Shown here piece by piece: positions 13,603 through 26,821 of a stretch of 64,000 bases of DNA. Positions within the stretch are counted from its first letter, which is position 1; the number at the start of each line of letters is the position of its first letter. The notes under the pieces are model-generated. The model did no database searches and was not told where the DNA came from. It was given only the letters and a program-made list of their open reading frames with translations. The DNA is taken from positions 14,322,001 to 14,386,000 of the forward strand of contig NC_087436.1 in assembly GCF_036321535.1 (NCBI RefSeq), given 5' to 3'. The stretch is from Camelus dromedarius. Lineage: Eukaryota. A program made the position numbers and the translations under genes.

Positions 13603-14745
13603 GGTTAGACTTTCCTCATATATTTCCTATAATGCCCAATAACTATCTTGTGAACTAACTGAGTGCGGATGTGAGGGATACAGGGACTGGAGTAGAAATT
13701 TTCATTCCATCTGCTTATTATATTATTTGAATATTTATTTCAAGAATATATTTACTTGCATAATTAAAATATTTTTAATTTTAAAAGTAAATACTATGCC
13801 ATACAGAAAAATTAGGAAATACAGAAAGAGGAAAATGATCTGTAAACCTATCTTTAAGAGATAATCTACAATTAACATTTAGCCATATATGAAGAGGATC
13901 TACATTTTTAACCCTTTTGCCAGAAGTACCTGGAGCACCAATGGCCCAAGTTACTCTCTCCGAATTTTATCACATTTCTCTTCTACACCATCCCCACCCC
14001 AAACACCCTCAAATCCTATTAAAAAGCCATCATCTCTAGAACTCTACCTCAAGACTGCCAAAAATAAATACTTAATAGTCCTCTTGCTTATCTCCCTTTC
14101 ACCACCATCACCCTCTGCCCTCTGCCACCAGTGTGACACTTAAACTAGAACCCAGTCTCTACCTCACAATGTCATCAAATCATCATAGTGAAAAAAAGAA
14201 CAAGCAACTTTGGTTATGAGTCTTGAGGTTCTCCTTTTACTGTCTGGATGACCTTAGACTAACTACTACTGCTGGTTCCCATGCCTGTATCTTCATTTCT
14301 TAATAGAAAATAAAAATACGAAACACACAGATAACATCTATAAAACATGATGCCTACCCAGGGTAGCACTCAATAAATGACAACCACCATGGACTTCTCT
14401 GTCCCTGGTGCTGCCCTAGATTCTGAAGGCAGTGCTTTGAAACAAAACAGATAAGAGTCCCAGCCATCCTGGGGGTTACATTCCACCCGCTTAACCCTCA
14501 GGGACTCTTTACACCTGGGATGTGAATTTCTGATCCATCTCTTACTAGGTATGTAATTTTATACAAAGCACTTTATCTAAATTCTCAATTTCTTCATTTT
14601 CAACATGGTAATGTTATCTACTCTTATCTACTTGAGATGGTTGAAGTAAAAATAAAATGAGAAGACATGTAAAAGTGCTTTGTACAATATTATATGCTAA
14701 ATAAACAGAAGGTATTAAAGAGTGTCATATTCCTCTCCTCTTGGA

Positions 14746-14902
14746 CAAAGCTTTCCAACCAATGTGCCAAGAATGGATTACAGATGTGCTGAAATACTGA
14801 CACCCCTCACAGCCCCCTCACCTTTCAGGGAGCCAGGGAGTCTGTCATACAAATATAATCATTTTTATGTGTGCCATGATGCAGAAAAGTTTGGAAACTT
14901 TG
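14746..14902. mobile_element. Short hAT-type MITE (family not assigned)
   Basis: Termini caaagctttccaac / gtttggaaactttg, flanked by ctcttgga / ctctaaaa. Confidence 0.5.
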
Positions 14903-15944
14903 CTCTAAAACACGATCTCATGTTAGCAGAAACTGGAGTTGGTCAACTGACTCCCTCCTCTGGATGATTCAGGTCTCACAGATAACTGTTATTCTTATGA
15001 CTCTGCTTCAAAGACAGTGTCACAGTTCCCCAAAGGATCAAAAAGGATCAGACCTGAACATCAAAGAGCTGCTAGTCCAATGCCATCACAGATAGTCAAA
15101 AAATGAAACAAAATAAAAACTTAAAGGTTACTTTCACAAAAGGCTTGAGCTATTTCCAGCAAAATCTGCCTACAACCATCTTAAGACAAAAGTCTAGAAG
15201 TAATGGAGGAGAGGGAAATAAGGGATGAAGGGAAGAAAGAGAAAAGGAACAAAGGAAAAACAAAATGTATACTTTTGTAGAGAAGAGCTGAGAATGGGCA
15301 AGAGCTATTCAGCAGCTTCCATGATTGCCTAAAGCTAGGAGAGGCTGAAGGTAACAAGATTATTTTCAGTTTCCTTTGTTTCATTGCCTTTTTCATACTT
15401 CCTAGAATTAATGCTGGTGTATATCTGACTTTTAGACTGTCATGGTCCCTAAGTCATCAATTTCCATATCATGTGGAAGTACTCTTTCCAGTCTGTACAT
15501 ATATTGTTAGTTTTTCATCCATAGCCACATTACCTTAAATTCCTAATAAATTTACTCCTTCCTCCATCCTGAATTCATTCCTTATCCCAACCCAAATGTA
15601 TCACTCTGGAATGTATTTATACCTCCAGACTCTTACAATACCAAGTTTATTACTTAAAATCTTTTATTTTTATATTTGTCATTCCTCATATGTCATCATA
15701 CACACCTACAAATACACAGATTTATATCCACCCCATGGGAAAATGATCAAGTAACACTCCATAAACCTTCTTCAAATTAATTTCTGTTTGTCATACTTTT
15801 GGGTATAATATTCAAACAGATGTTCAGTTACTGCAGATTGATAAAGGAAGAGGCCTTCTTTACTTATTGTCTGATAGAAAATCAGGTAAGATACCCTCAA
15901 CTCAAGGCAAAAAAAAAAAAAAGACATAAATTAAATATGGCAGA

Positions 15945-16195
15945 AGCAGTCCAGAGTCGTAGTTAAGAGCTCAAGTCTGGATTCAGATAACCTAGGTTCA
16001 ATGCTGGCTCCATCAGTGTAATTCTGAGCAGATTACTTTAGCCCCAGTTAATCATTTAGTTTCAATTTCTTCCTCTATAAAAATGAAAACTGTAGCCATG
16101 TTATAAGGTTGCTGTGAGGATTGGATGAGATAATCATGTAAAGCACTTAGCATAACGCCTGGCACACAGTAAGCAAACACATGTTAATTGTTGTT
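15945..16195 (+). mobile_element. MIR SINE
   Basis: tagttaagagctcaagtctggattcagataacctaggttcaa...gtaaagcacttagcataacgcctggcacacagtaagc. Confidence 0.8.
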
Positions 16196-18589
16196 ATGGT
16201 GTCAGATACAATCTATCTTCTGACTTTCTCATTACCTTAGAAGGAAACCAATTTAGCATAATCGACTCTATAAAGAGTTGATATAAAGTTATGTTTTCTG
16301 TCACCCAAAGTGAGGATGCTAGACACAGGGAAAATTACTCTGTAAGCAGAAGCAGCTGGTTATTCTATACGGACTGTGGTGAGCTCAATAGGTCTCTTCA
16401 AGTTCTAACATTCCATTAAACAGGTGTCTAACATTTAGAACTTCAACCCTTCATCAACAAACACTTCACTATCAAATCAGTTAAGTTCAAAATGCACTCA
16501 AAACTGATATTAAGTTTGAAAGAATACAAACTTATTCACAAAAGGGAATGATCATTAAAATATCTATCACAGCAGTAATATGTAGGGAAAGGCGATGTCA
16601 AGATAAGCAGCAATGTGCCGAAGGCTTGTGGACCACACCACTGAAACATCTTATTTGCCCTTCCTAACAAAGCCACAGCCCAAAGTAGATGCCTCAAGTG
16701 AAAAACAAGAAAATGAAAACAAAATTACCAGAAATTTAAGTATTTTACTCTGAACTGTACCCAGTGGGCCGGTGATGTTTAACACGTATTAAATAATAAT
16801 AAACATATTAATTTATGAATCCACTGGATCTCCAGAGCACTGGCCACAAACAGCTATCCCTAAAAAGAAACCTCAAAACCACAATTCAGGAGCTAAATAA
16901 GGAGACAGTCTTACTTCCTTCTCTAGGTCCAGGAAGAAATTTAGAAACGCTAAAGTTTTGAAGTAGCTAGAGATTTCATCAGCACACAGTACAATCTCTG
17001 CATTCTACTCTCTTTGGTGCCCAAACTAGCTATGCACAGTTTGAAAAAGTTTCATTAACTTTAAGAAGACGCTGTCCAAGGAGTGGTTTTTAATCTACCT
17101 GGAGTTTATATATCTCTTTTGAGAGTCTGAGAAAGAGAGGACATTTTCCTGGGGGGTGTGGGGGAGGTAGAAAATGCACTCAAACAAAACTTTGCACATA
17201 ATTTCAGGGGTGCGGATGAAGAAGTCTCCTGAAAGTCACTGACCACCAGACCACGGACCTCCAAGGCATAAACCGGGATTAAGGCAAACTAATTCATCAG
17301 TTCGAACAAGGAGGAAAGCAACTGAGGTGGAGATTTTAATCCAGAAAATAAAATAAGATAAGGAATATTTTCTGTTTTCTCAGCTGATAAATGTTAGACA
17401 TGGTGCCTGGGAGAGAGTGTTGGCCATGTTGAGCAAGGAAAACAAACAAACAAAAAAACAAACAAAAAAACAGGACTAACAAGAACAAAAAAAGCAGAAT
17501 TCATACAGTACTGACACACAGTGGGTCGTTCACTCTGAGATTCACTCTGCAGCAATAAAATGGCCAATTGCTGCAGCCTTAACACAGGAATGATTTAACA
17601 TAACGAATTTGGATGCACATTCCCATGCCAGGGAAGTCAATTAAATGGCAAGTGTGAACACACACACCTGCCACACTTGCAAGTGAAAGAACAAGTTTAT
17701 GAAAAGTCCTGCAAATCTTCCATTTTTTTCCTTAAGAACCCAGTCAGAGCAATTACATGCTTTATTTAATCTAGGAGAAAATGAAGGGAGCGGGGGACAG
17801 AAATCCTAAAAGGAGGTAGCTAAAGGATCTGCAGGAAGTGTAAAATACAAACTTTTTTGGGATCAAAGGGCTCAAGACGGAGATAAGAACAAAACAAAGG
17901 AAGTAATAAAATAAAAGGGAAAAGCGTCTAGAAAACTGTTCGTAAGAAAAAAAAAAAAAAAAGCTCCTTCCTTTTTCCTAGACACGTAAACAGTAGTAAC
18001 TTGGCAAAAAGGAACGGACGAGACGAAAGCCCAACTTCCTTCCCAAACTCCAGCATTCCTTGGACGTCCTCGCAAGCAGTCAGGCTTGGGACATTTCATA
18101 GGCAAGGCTCCTCCCTCCACCACTGCCTAAGGAACCTCTCGCAGGGACTCTTGCTATCTCCCTTCCTCTCACTGCGGAAGAGAGGACGTGGGGGATGCAG
18201 GGAGAGGAGGAGAGAAATAAAGACCGGACACTAAACCTGAAGGTGGCCAATTCTGAGACTCAGTCGAGAAAAACCTGAATCCTGCAACCCCTTTCCCAAC
18301 TCAAGGCATGCAAAACCTAGAGGGTGCCGCCCTGGGAGGGCCAGTCCTACCTCTTCACCTGGCTGTTTCGGGGGCGGGGGGAAGGGGCACACTCAGGGGG
18401 ACAGGAGGAACGAAGGGGCAGAAACCAAAGGCCGAATACCTGGGAAGATGTAGATGGCATAGGCTAAGGACAGAAGTGCCCTGTGAAAGTCCGGAACTGC
18501 GAACCCTAGAGGCAACGTGTCCCGCCCCGCCAGCCACCTCCGAGCAGCCTTCCCCCGCCTCTTTTCCAGCCGGCCAGCTCCGCCCTCAC

Positions 18590-18860
18590 CTGTCTGCGGG
18601 GAAGCCGGCAGCTCTCACGTCGAGGATTATGCTTGCCTCTGCTCTCCGGCGTCGCCTCAGCCCGGGCAAGAAGTGAGCGGAAACGCGACCTGGGCCTTTT
18701 CCTTCTTCCCCTCCCCCCACGCACCTCGGCTCCTCGGGGGCGGGGAGCAACTACAGCTGTCACAGCCACACACTGACCAACCGCCGAGGACACCCACACC
18801 GGCCGCCTCTCCACCCGGCCTAAAGCTCCAACACCCAGAGCAGCGGAGCCGGAAGTGAGG
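18590..18860 (-). other. ARFIP1: Probable non-coding exon 1 of ARFIP1 (arfaptin-1); coding exons would lie beyond the left edge of the window
   Basis: Minus-strand donor CAG|GTGAGG at 18590/18589 inside the CpG island. The identity is inferred from known TIGD4/ARFIP1 head-to-head synteny in mammals. No ARFIP1 coding sequence is seen and the TSS is approximate. Confidence 0.7.
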
Positions 18861-19059
18861 AGACCGGAAGTAGCGTTGTCCGTGGCCCTGGACGGCCTCT
18901 CTCTCCCTCAGTCTGGCCGGCCCAGCCACATCTCGATGGTGCCAGCACGCCTTCCCGGAGGCCCCCTCCGCCCCGCTCCAGGAGGCGGGCCCCGCCCCTC
19001 CCGCTGCGGCCCTAGCAACCACATCCGGGACTCCGCCGGCGCCGTTGCCCGGGTAATTT

Positions 19060-19245
19060 TCTGGTTGCGGCCGGATCATAGAAGGGTGTGAGCGCGGGTC
19101 CAGATACACCTGTCAGAGCTGGGAGCTTCCCGAAGAGCGCGCTGGCCTGTTCTTGAGTGGTCGGAGGTCTCCAGGAGCCCTCAGCATCCCTTCTTTCTCA
19201 GTCACACACCCCAGCCTCACGCGTTAGGCGTCCCCCCAACAGACG
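19060..19245 (+). other. TIGD4: Probable non-coding exon 1 of TIGD4
   Basis: Plus-strand donor ACG|GTGAGC at 19245/19246 in the CpG island, with a weaker alternative AAG|GTTATT at 19346/19347. The TSS is approximate. Confidence 0.5.
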
Positions 19246-21168
19246 GTGAGCCGGTGGCGGGAGGGTGGAAGTGGACGTAGCTCACTGCCTCGCATGTCAC
19301 TGGAGAGCCAAAGCTTCTTTCTCAGCTGCCGGAGACCACGTAGAAGGTTATTCCAGCCCCTCGGGGAGTGGGAGGGTGGAGGGAATGTGGGGGTTTCGGG
19401 AGCAGACGGGATGCGGGCATCTCACTCTCCTTCCCCAGTGCCTGGAACAACCCCCCACCCCGCGCGCGCGCTTTCTGGCCACGTCACTCGCGCCCACCCA
19501 CTTCAGGAAGACCAGACCCTTCACCCAGCATCCCTGAGTTCCTATTACTTGCTCTGGCTTTGTGATCACTTTTTGCTCTGCTCCCTGGCACACAGTGGAT
19601 CCATGACACTTTTCTTTCCTGCTCCTCTGTCTTTATCCAGATGACCGATTTCAGCTTTGTTTGCTCGCCCTGTTACTTAAGTAGATCACTGCCCTGTCTA
19701 CGGAAACAGCTGAACAATCCTTCTCCCAGAGCTCTTGTAGTTACTTAAGTGGAGGCCCCACCTTGTACTTCGGATACTCTCCCTGTCCCCAGCACTGAGT
19801 GCAGGGAATGTATGACTCTGCAGTGGTACTAGACAAACCTGGAACTCATTTACATACAGTACATACCGGTGACCCAGCCACGCACATCTCCCTTCAAGGT
19901 TCTGAACTGCTTTTCCTTTGACAGACTTGGGTACTGTTTTTACACTTGCAGAAATGAGAAAGGTAACAGTGCACTCCGTGACATCTACCCCTCTTTAGAC
20001 CGTACTTCCAATCTGTCTTGTCTCATTAGTTGACAAGACATTTTTAACGACTAAGTACCCAGAGGCAGAAATCTGCCTCTACAAATCTGTAGGGAGTTTC
20101 AGCATAGTGAACATCCCTGTGAATATCCGTATACAGATATTTTCCCCATGTATGTGAGGAGTAAATACCCATGACACTACAAAGGTTTCAAAAGTAAATA
20201 ATATTTATTGTCTGAGATCTCCCCAACACCTTCTCTGACAAAAACCGTAATGAAATCCCTAAACATAAAGCTGTGTATAAAGTGTCTTTATCTTAAATGG
20301 CTCTGTCCTTAAAAGAAAAGGGTGAATATATATGCCAATTCATTTAACTTCAGTTCTACAGTTTACTGTGGATTTTCCTGTTCAAAGCCATGCCATTAGT
20401 CTTCTCAACTGTAACAAAAGGATCCCAATATAGAACTATTACTGCTTTTATTACATAGGAAGAGAATGGAACTTAGTAGCCAAGTACAAAGGCTATTCTT
20501 AGAGTTTCAGAAGGGTCATTAGGAAAAGGTGCATCATTGGTGCTTGAATGATGTATACTTAATTGAGCTGGCTGGTGCCATAAGGATTCCTGCTAGCTGT
20601 CTCTTAAGTTTGGAAACACTTAACTGCACTGCAGTTATCTGTTAGACTGTTAGGCTCAGAGTTATTTCTTATATTAGAAAGGTGGACACTTGCTTTAGTT
20701 ATTAAACTAAATAGCTGTCCTTAGCTGGATTGTTTCCTTGGCAGCAGCTGATAGTTTTGAAAGAGATTCTGATGGACTTGGAAGTACTTGGAATTAATGC
20801 TAACTTCTGCATTGTTAATCATTTTAGGTACTCTCTGGTCCAGTGTGATTCTGGTATTGTGCATGATTAGTCCTTATACATAGCGTTACGCTGTGCAAGG
20901 CTGTACCTAGGATTAGTCTTCCTATGATTCTGCTGCCCCAAGGGAAATTAGAAAGTAGGTTGGCTGGAAAGAAACACTGGAAGCTACTTCAGCGATGATG
21001 GAAGACAGTCAAGTTCTATGCACTTTTTTTGGCAAAAAAGGAGGCAATAGCCGGTATTCTTTGGATTTGGGGGAAATTTTTTGTACTAACTCGAAGACTG
21101 TTTTAAACCTAACCCTGCTTAGTTGGAAACCTTTTTTTTCAGCTTGCTGTCTCTCTTTCTCCCTGCAG

Positions 21169-21251
21169 CTTGGGGAATTCTGCCTGCCGGTTCTCCTTAG
21201 GAAGAAGAGAAGATTACTACTTTTCTCTCAATTGGCATTATGTTTGGAGAG
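21169..21251 (+). other. Candidate TIGD4 5' UTR cassette exon
   Basis: Strong acceptor tgtctctctttctccctgcag| and donor GAG|gtaaga, 83 nt. Confidence 0.5.
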
Positions 21252-22177
21252 GTAAGAAGAAGGGGGATAGCTGCCTGCCATATATGCTGATGACATGAGG
21301 CTTATCTGCTCGTTTACCTTTGCACTGCTACTGGCTATTATGCAGTTTAGGAAAACCAGGTGCCATTTATTCACGTGGCTTGTGGGAAACTCTGGTAGCC
21401 TTTTATTTATTGACCAGGAAGGAAAGGAGGCAGCAGGTTAAAGGCTATTGTTATTGTTCCTTTCAGAATGAATTAAATGTGCACGCGACCTTTTCTCTTT
21501 GCTTTAGATGTTGAATACTGAATACTATTTATTATTTCCTTAAAAAAAAAAAAGGTGCTACCTTCAGATCTTCTCTAGGTGAATTCTGGTAATGTCACAA
21601 TAATTTCATCACTCATCAATAGCTTCCTTTTCATGGAGAGATATTTGATTACTGATTGGACACTGTAATTCTCTGGAAACAAACCCTTTATTAGAGGATA
21701 CTGATTACTGGAACATTTAAACAAGCCCATGAATAGTAGAATGAATGGAATATAAGGGTAGAAATTGTTTTAGCTTCAAAGAGAAAACACTTAACCTATA
21801 ATTCCATTATCTGGAGTTAGCATTCAACATTTTGGCCAATATCTTTTTTTGTATGAATATTTTTTCTTCATTTATTTTACAAATTGTTATTGAGAACCTA
21901 CAGAGCACTAAGTACTTTGGAATAGCCATGAGCCTCTGCTCTCATGTAACTTTCAGTATATGCTGTGTTTGTTGGCGTACACTTCTGTATTTTGCTTTTT
22001 TCACTTAATATATCATGGAATTTCCTCCTATCATTAAATATTCTCCTTTAATAGCTAAATAGTACTTAACATGCAGCTGTTTCTTAATTTATTTATCTAA
22101 TCCCTTTTATTACACATTTGGGTTATTTTTAGTTTTGTCTATAATTATAAAACAACAGTATGAGGTATATTTTTGTA

Positions 22178-23921
22178 TGTTAGAATTCTAAAATGATGTC
22201 CAATGACCTTCACTTTGCATAATTTCTTTCCCTGTGAACATGATAGGATATCATTCCTATGATTATATTATATGTAAAAGGGATTTTGCAGATGTAATTG
22301 AGATTACTAATCAGTTGACTTTGAGTTAATCAAAGGAAGATAATCTGGGTTGTCCTAAACTGGTTACATGAGCCTTTTATTTATTTTATTTTATTGAAGT
22401 ATAATTGATTTACAATATTATATTATTTTCAGATTACAACATAGTGATTCTATATTTCTATAGCTTATACTCCATTTAAAGTTATTACAAAACAGTGGTT
22501 ATATTTCCCTGTGCTGTACAAAATATCCTTGTTCCTTATTTATTTTGTACATAGTAGTTTATATCTCTTAATCCCAAACCCCTATTTTTCCCCTCTCCCC
22601 TTCTGTCTTCTACTGGTATTCAGTAGGTTCTTCTCTAGATATCTGAATCTGCTTCTGTTTTGTTATATACATTGGTTTCTTTTATTTTTTAGATTCCACA
22701 TAAAAGTGATAACATGGAGTATTTGTCATTCTCTGACTTATTTCACTAAGCATAATACCCTCTAGGTCCATCCACATTGTTGCGAATGGCAGAATTTCAT
22801 TCTTTTTCATGACTAATATTCCATTGTATATTTACACCAGATCTTTATCCATTCATCTGTTGAGGGATACTTAAGTTGCTTCTGTATCCTGGCTATTGTA
22901 AATAATACTGCTATGAACGTTGGGATATACGTATCTTTTCAAATTAGTGTTTTCATTTTCTTTGAATATATACCCAGCAGTGGAATCGCTGGATCATATG
23001 GTAGTTCTATTTTTAGTGTTTTGAGGACCTTCCATACTGCTTTCTAAAGTGGCTACACCAATTTATAGTCCCACCAACAGCATACTAGGGTTCCTTTTTC
23101 TCAACATCCTCGCCAACATTTGTTTGTAGACTTTTCAATAATAGCCATTCTGACAGGTCTGAAGTGATAATCTTGTTTTGATTTGCATTTCTCTGATGAT
23201 TAGTAATGAATGTTAAGGATCTGTTCATGTGCCTGTTGATCATCTGTTTATCTTCTTTGAAAGAATGTCTATTCAGATCTTCTGCCCATTTTTAAATCAA
23301 GTTATTTGGCTTTTTTTGATTTTGAGTTGTATAAGCTGTTCATACATTTTAGATATTAATCCCTTATCAGTCATATCGTTTGCCAATATTTTCTGCCATT
23401 CAGTAGATTGTCTTTTTGTTTTGTTGCTGATTTCCTTTGCTGTGCAAAGCTTTTAAGGTTAATTAGGTTACATGAACTTTTCAAAAACAGAGTTTTCTCC
23501 TGATGGTGGCAGCAGAGAAAATCAGAGAGGTTTGAAGCGTAGGAGAGTTTTGACATGAGGAAAGTTCTCTGTTGCTGAAATAAAGAAGACCACAGGCAAG
23601 TACCTGAGGGAGGCCTCCAAGAACTGAGAGCAGTGTCTGCTGACAGCCAACAAAATCCAAGGGACCTCAGTCCTACAGCCATAGGAGGTGAATTCTGCAA
23701 ATAACCTGAATAAGCTTGGAAGCAAATTCTCTCCCAGAGCCTCCAGAGAAGAGCTCCACCTGACCGTCATCTTGATTTCTGCCCTGTAAGACCCTAAGCA
23801 GAAGACCCAGTTGAGCCCACCTGGACTCTTGACCTACAGAACTGTGAGATAATAAATGGGTGTTGTTTTAAGCCACTAAATGTGTGTTCATTTGTTACAC
23901 AACAATAGCAAAATGAATATA
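22178..23921 (+). mobile_element. MLT1 (MaLR) solo LTR split by an L1 insertion
   Basis: 5' part gggattttgcagatgtaattgagattactaatcagttgac and 3' part gacctacagaactgtgagataataaatgggtgttgttttaagccactaa. Confidence 0.8.
22378..23465 (-). mobile_element. 5'-truncated L1 with target-site duplication
   Basis: Antisense L1 3' end (ttttattgaagtataattgatttacaatatt). TSD GGTTACATGAGCCTTT (22362-22377) / GGTTACATGAACTTTT (23466-23481). Confidence 0.85.
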
Positions 23922-26596
23922 TTTGTAAGCTAGATTATTTTTACATCTATTATTATTTTGGGGGGATAAAGTCCTAGGTACGGACTTTCTGGATAAAAAT
24001 TATGTACATTTTTAAGGTTTTCATATCATATTGCTAATTTGCCCTCCATAAGCTTTGTGGCAATTTATGGGCCCCCTAACAACCTATGTTACTGCATCTT
24101 GGGAAACACTAGATACTGCAAAAATAGAAAGGTAGCTCCTGTTTTGAAAGAAGATTTACATTTCTGTTATTACAGTAGAATTGTTTTCTTTATTTGTGGT
24201 TCAGTTGGTAAAGTCTTTTTTAGTGAATTGCCGATTCTCTTTCTTCAGTTAGCTTTACTGTTGACATAGAGAAAATAGTTCTTAACAGCATTTCTCTCCT
24301 GTAATATTTTCAAGGGGTAGAATGATTAATGAGCTTAATTGAGAGAATAAGTACTTCAAAGAAATATTATCTGCTGCCATTACTCCCTGCAAAAAGTTAT
24401 CCCAGCCGTTGTACTGTGGGAGAATGCAAAATGTCTGCTTCATTGATGAGGCAGTATTGGTCCCTTATTCTTTGCTAGGGAAAAAGTCTATCTTGTCTGG
24501 TTTGGCATTAGAAATGTGGTTGTTTTAGGAATAAAGATATATTGCATCTTACCATGGAAAATTGTAGCATTGACTACTGTTCTAGAAGGAAATATATTCT
24601 GTTAGCTCTCAGAAAAAAAATCTTCCTAAAAAAAAAAAATCACTATTTTCAGTTTGATCAAGATAATAAAAATCTGATTGTGTATATTTTATTGCTTTAT
24701 TTAGGATAGGGTAATAGAGGAAATTTCAAGTTACTTTTTCTGTAATCCTTGTTGTTTGAGATGATATTTCTGACAAATGAAACAAGGCAGAAGGGAAAAA
24801 GGAAGGAAAGAAGAAAAAGAGGAAGAAAGGAAAACAAAAAGAAGGAAGAGATTCCCTTTTTCTTTTGGAGAGTAGTTTCGCTTGGTTTTGACTTTTCTTG
24901 TAAAATTGGTTCTTGCTACCTAAATTTCTAAATGTTGGTATCTTCCTAATAAGCGAGATATTTTTAAATTTTTATTTTGAAATAATGGTAGATTTACAGG
25001 AAATTGTAGAAAAATATCCCAGGAGATCCTGTATATGAACAAGATTTTTTTTTTAAGTTGATCAGATCTTATTTAGAAAGGTCAACCGTTTATAACAGTT
25101 GAATATGGGAAATGGTTGCTCTTTGTGTTCACAGAATTCATAACGACTCTTCTCCCATGGAGGCCTGATATTACCTTTGTTTTTTTTGAGAGGGAGGTAG
25201 GTTTGGATAGGCCTTGGAAATACTGAGTTGGCTTGGTGCTGGGGCATAGAATGTGTAACTGTCAGAGGAGCCACAACACGTGATTCAAGGACACTGTAAT
25301 ACGGTGAAAAGAATGGTAGACTTGATGTCAGAAAGCCTGGATTCCGGGACTGCATTCAACCACATTATAACCGTATGAGCTTTGAAGTCCAGTTTTAACT
25401 TCCTCCTGAATTGTCTGGACAGGAAGTGAAGCAATTTGGAAACTGATGCCCTAGGCTGTCATTACTATTATTAAGACATTTTAATTTTTGTAATAAAAGC
25501 AATAACAAAAAAACTCCTCTAGTGCTTCTATTTCCTATTATAAAAACTAATTCTTTGATTTGGACAACAAAGGCAGAGGAATTTTGACAAAGTTTTGTCC
25601 AAAAAAAAAAGTTCATGTGTCATCTTGATATCTCAGAGGACAGAGAGAAGAACTAGAGGAAGGGAGTTTCGACACTGATACAGTAGTGAACACCTGTTCA
25701 TCACATTAGCTTGTTACCTTGGCCTGCAGGAGGCCTGAAGCCTGGAGATTCTGGTGGGGAGATGCTACCTGGGAAGCTGGGGGTGAGCCCATCTGGGGCC
25801 CTGTGACTGTTCCCGTAGTACTGTTTGGCTTAGGAAGAGCTCTGCTTTTAGTATTTTTTTAAAGGTGAGATTCTTGCTTCTATTTGAAGTAGGATTTCAT
25901 AAAATCTCTGAATTTTATAGTTTGACACAGCTGACAGAGACATTAGGAGAAGATAATGATGATGAGATCATCAAACACGTATTGAACACTTTACTTTGTA
26001 AGGTGTTAAATACTGGGCTCAGTGCTCTACGCTCTATCCTTGCATCTCACTGACTGTGCAGTTACCTACGAGGTACATGCTGTAGGTACCCTTATTTCAC
26101 AAATATGGATGCTAAGGCTTCAAATATTTTAAACTACCCAGGATCACATTAGGCACAAAATGGCAGAGTCACTTGTCAGTTCAGGTGTGTCTGGCACCGA
26201 AGCTGATGTCCTTACACTATGATAAGCCCTTTTATTTCACAGATAAAGAAGTGTAGTTCATGAGCTGTTAAGACCATGGTCACTCTCCTTCTCACTCTTA
26301 GCCTAGGTCTTTTTCTGCATTATATCTTCTTAGTGATTTGTTTATTGCAATGCATTCTGTAAAGTATTTCTGACCTCTGTGCATTTGGCTAATGTGTCAG
26401 GTGGATTAACAGTTTTACTAGATTTTTAAGCACTGAAATAGAAAAAGATTTCAATTTTTAAAACTCATAATGGGATCACTTGATTTGATTTTTAGTGAAG
26501 CATTTTCTACCAGATTCCCGCAAAGGAGGCACTGTCTCCCGTGTGCTATTAAAAGTTGGACCTTGTGACTACTGTCTGACTATGTGTTTCTTTTAG

Positions 26597-26821
26597 AGAA
26601 GTCAGAGGGGGCAGTCTGTGACTTCATGTGAGAAACAGCCGCCAAAGATCTATCCAGCATCATTTTTAGGTCTTTAATTTTGGTAAGCGCACATTTTCAA
26701 AACAGATTAAATTTGTCTGATTTATTTCAGAAGTATATATTACAAAGTGCTCGAAGGCAAGAGAGAATTCAAAGGCTCAGAGCAGAGCTAGAGAGCTTTT
26801 TACAGAGACGCCCTTTGGAAG
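26597..26821 (+). other. Candidate TIGD4 5' UTR cassette exon with two possible donors
   Basis: Acceptor tgtgtttcttttag|, with donors TTG|gtaagc (26682) and AAG|gtaagc (26821). Confidence 0.4.

Larger units (their letters stand above)
18300..19510. promoter_or_regulatory. CpG island / bidirectional promoter shared by ARFIP1 (-) and TIGD4 (+)
   Basis: Sharp rise in GC and CpG density against an AT-rich background. Tandem CCGGAAGT ETS/GABP sites at 18849-18856 and 18864-18871, GC boxes at about 18965-19000, and splice donors facing outward on both strands. Confidence 0.9.

Noticed and set aside
18308..19644. Several 100-150 aa ORFs in the CpG island
   Set aside because: They overlap on both strands, are Pro/Arg/Gly-rich, often start at non-ATG codons and show no recognisable domain, as expected from stop-codon scarcity in GC-rich DNA.
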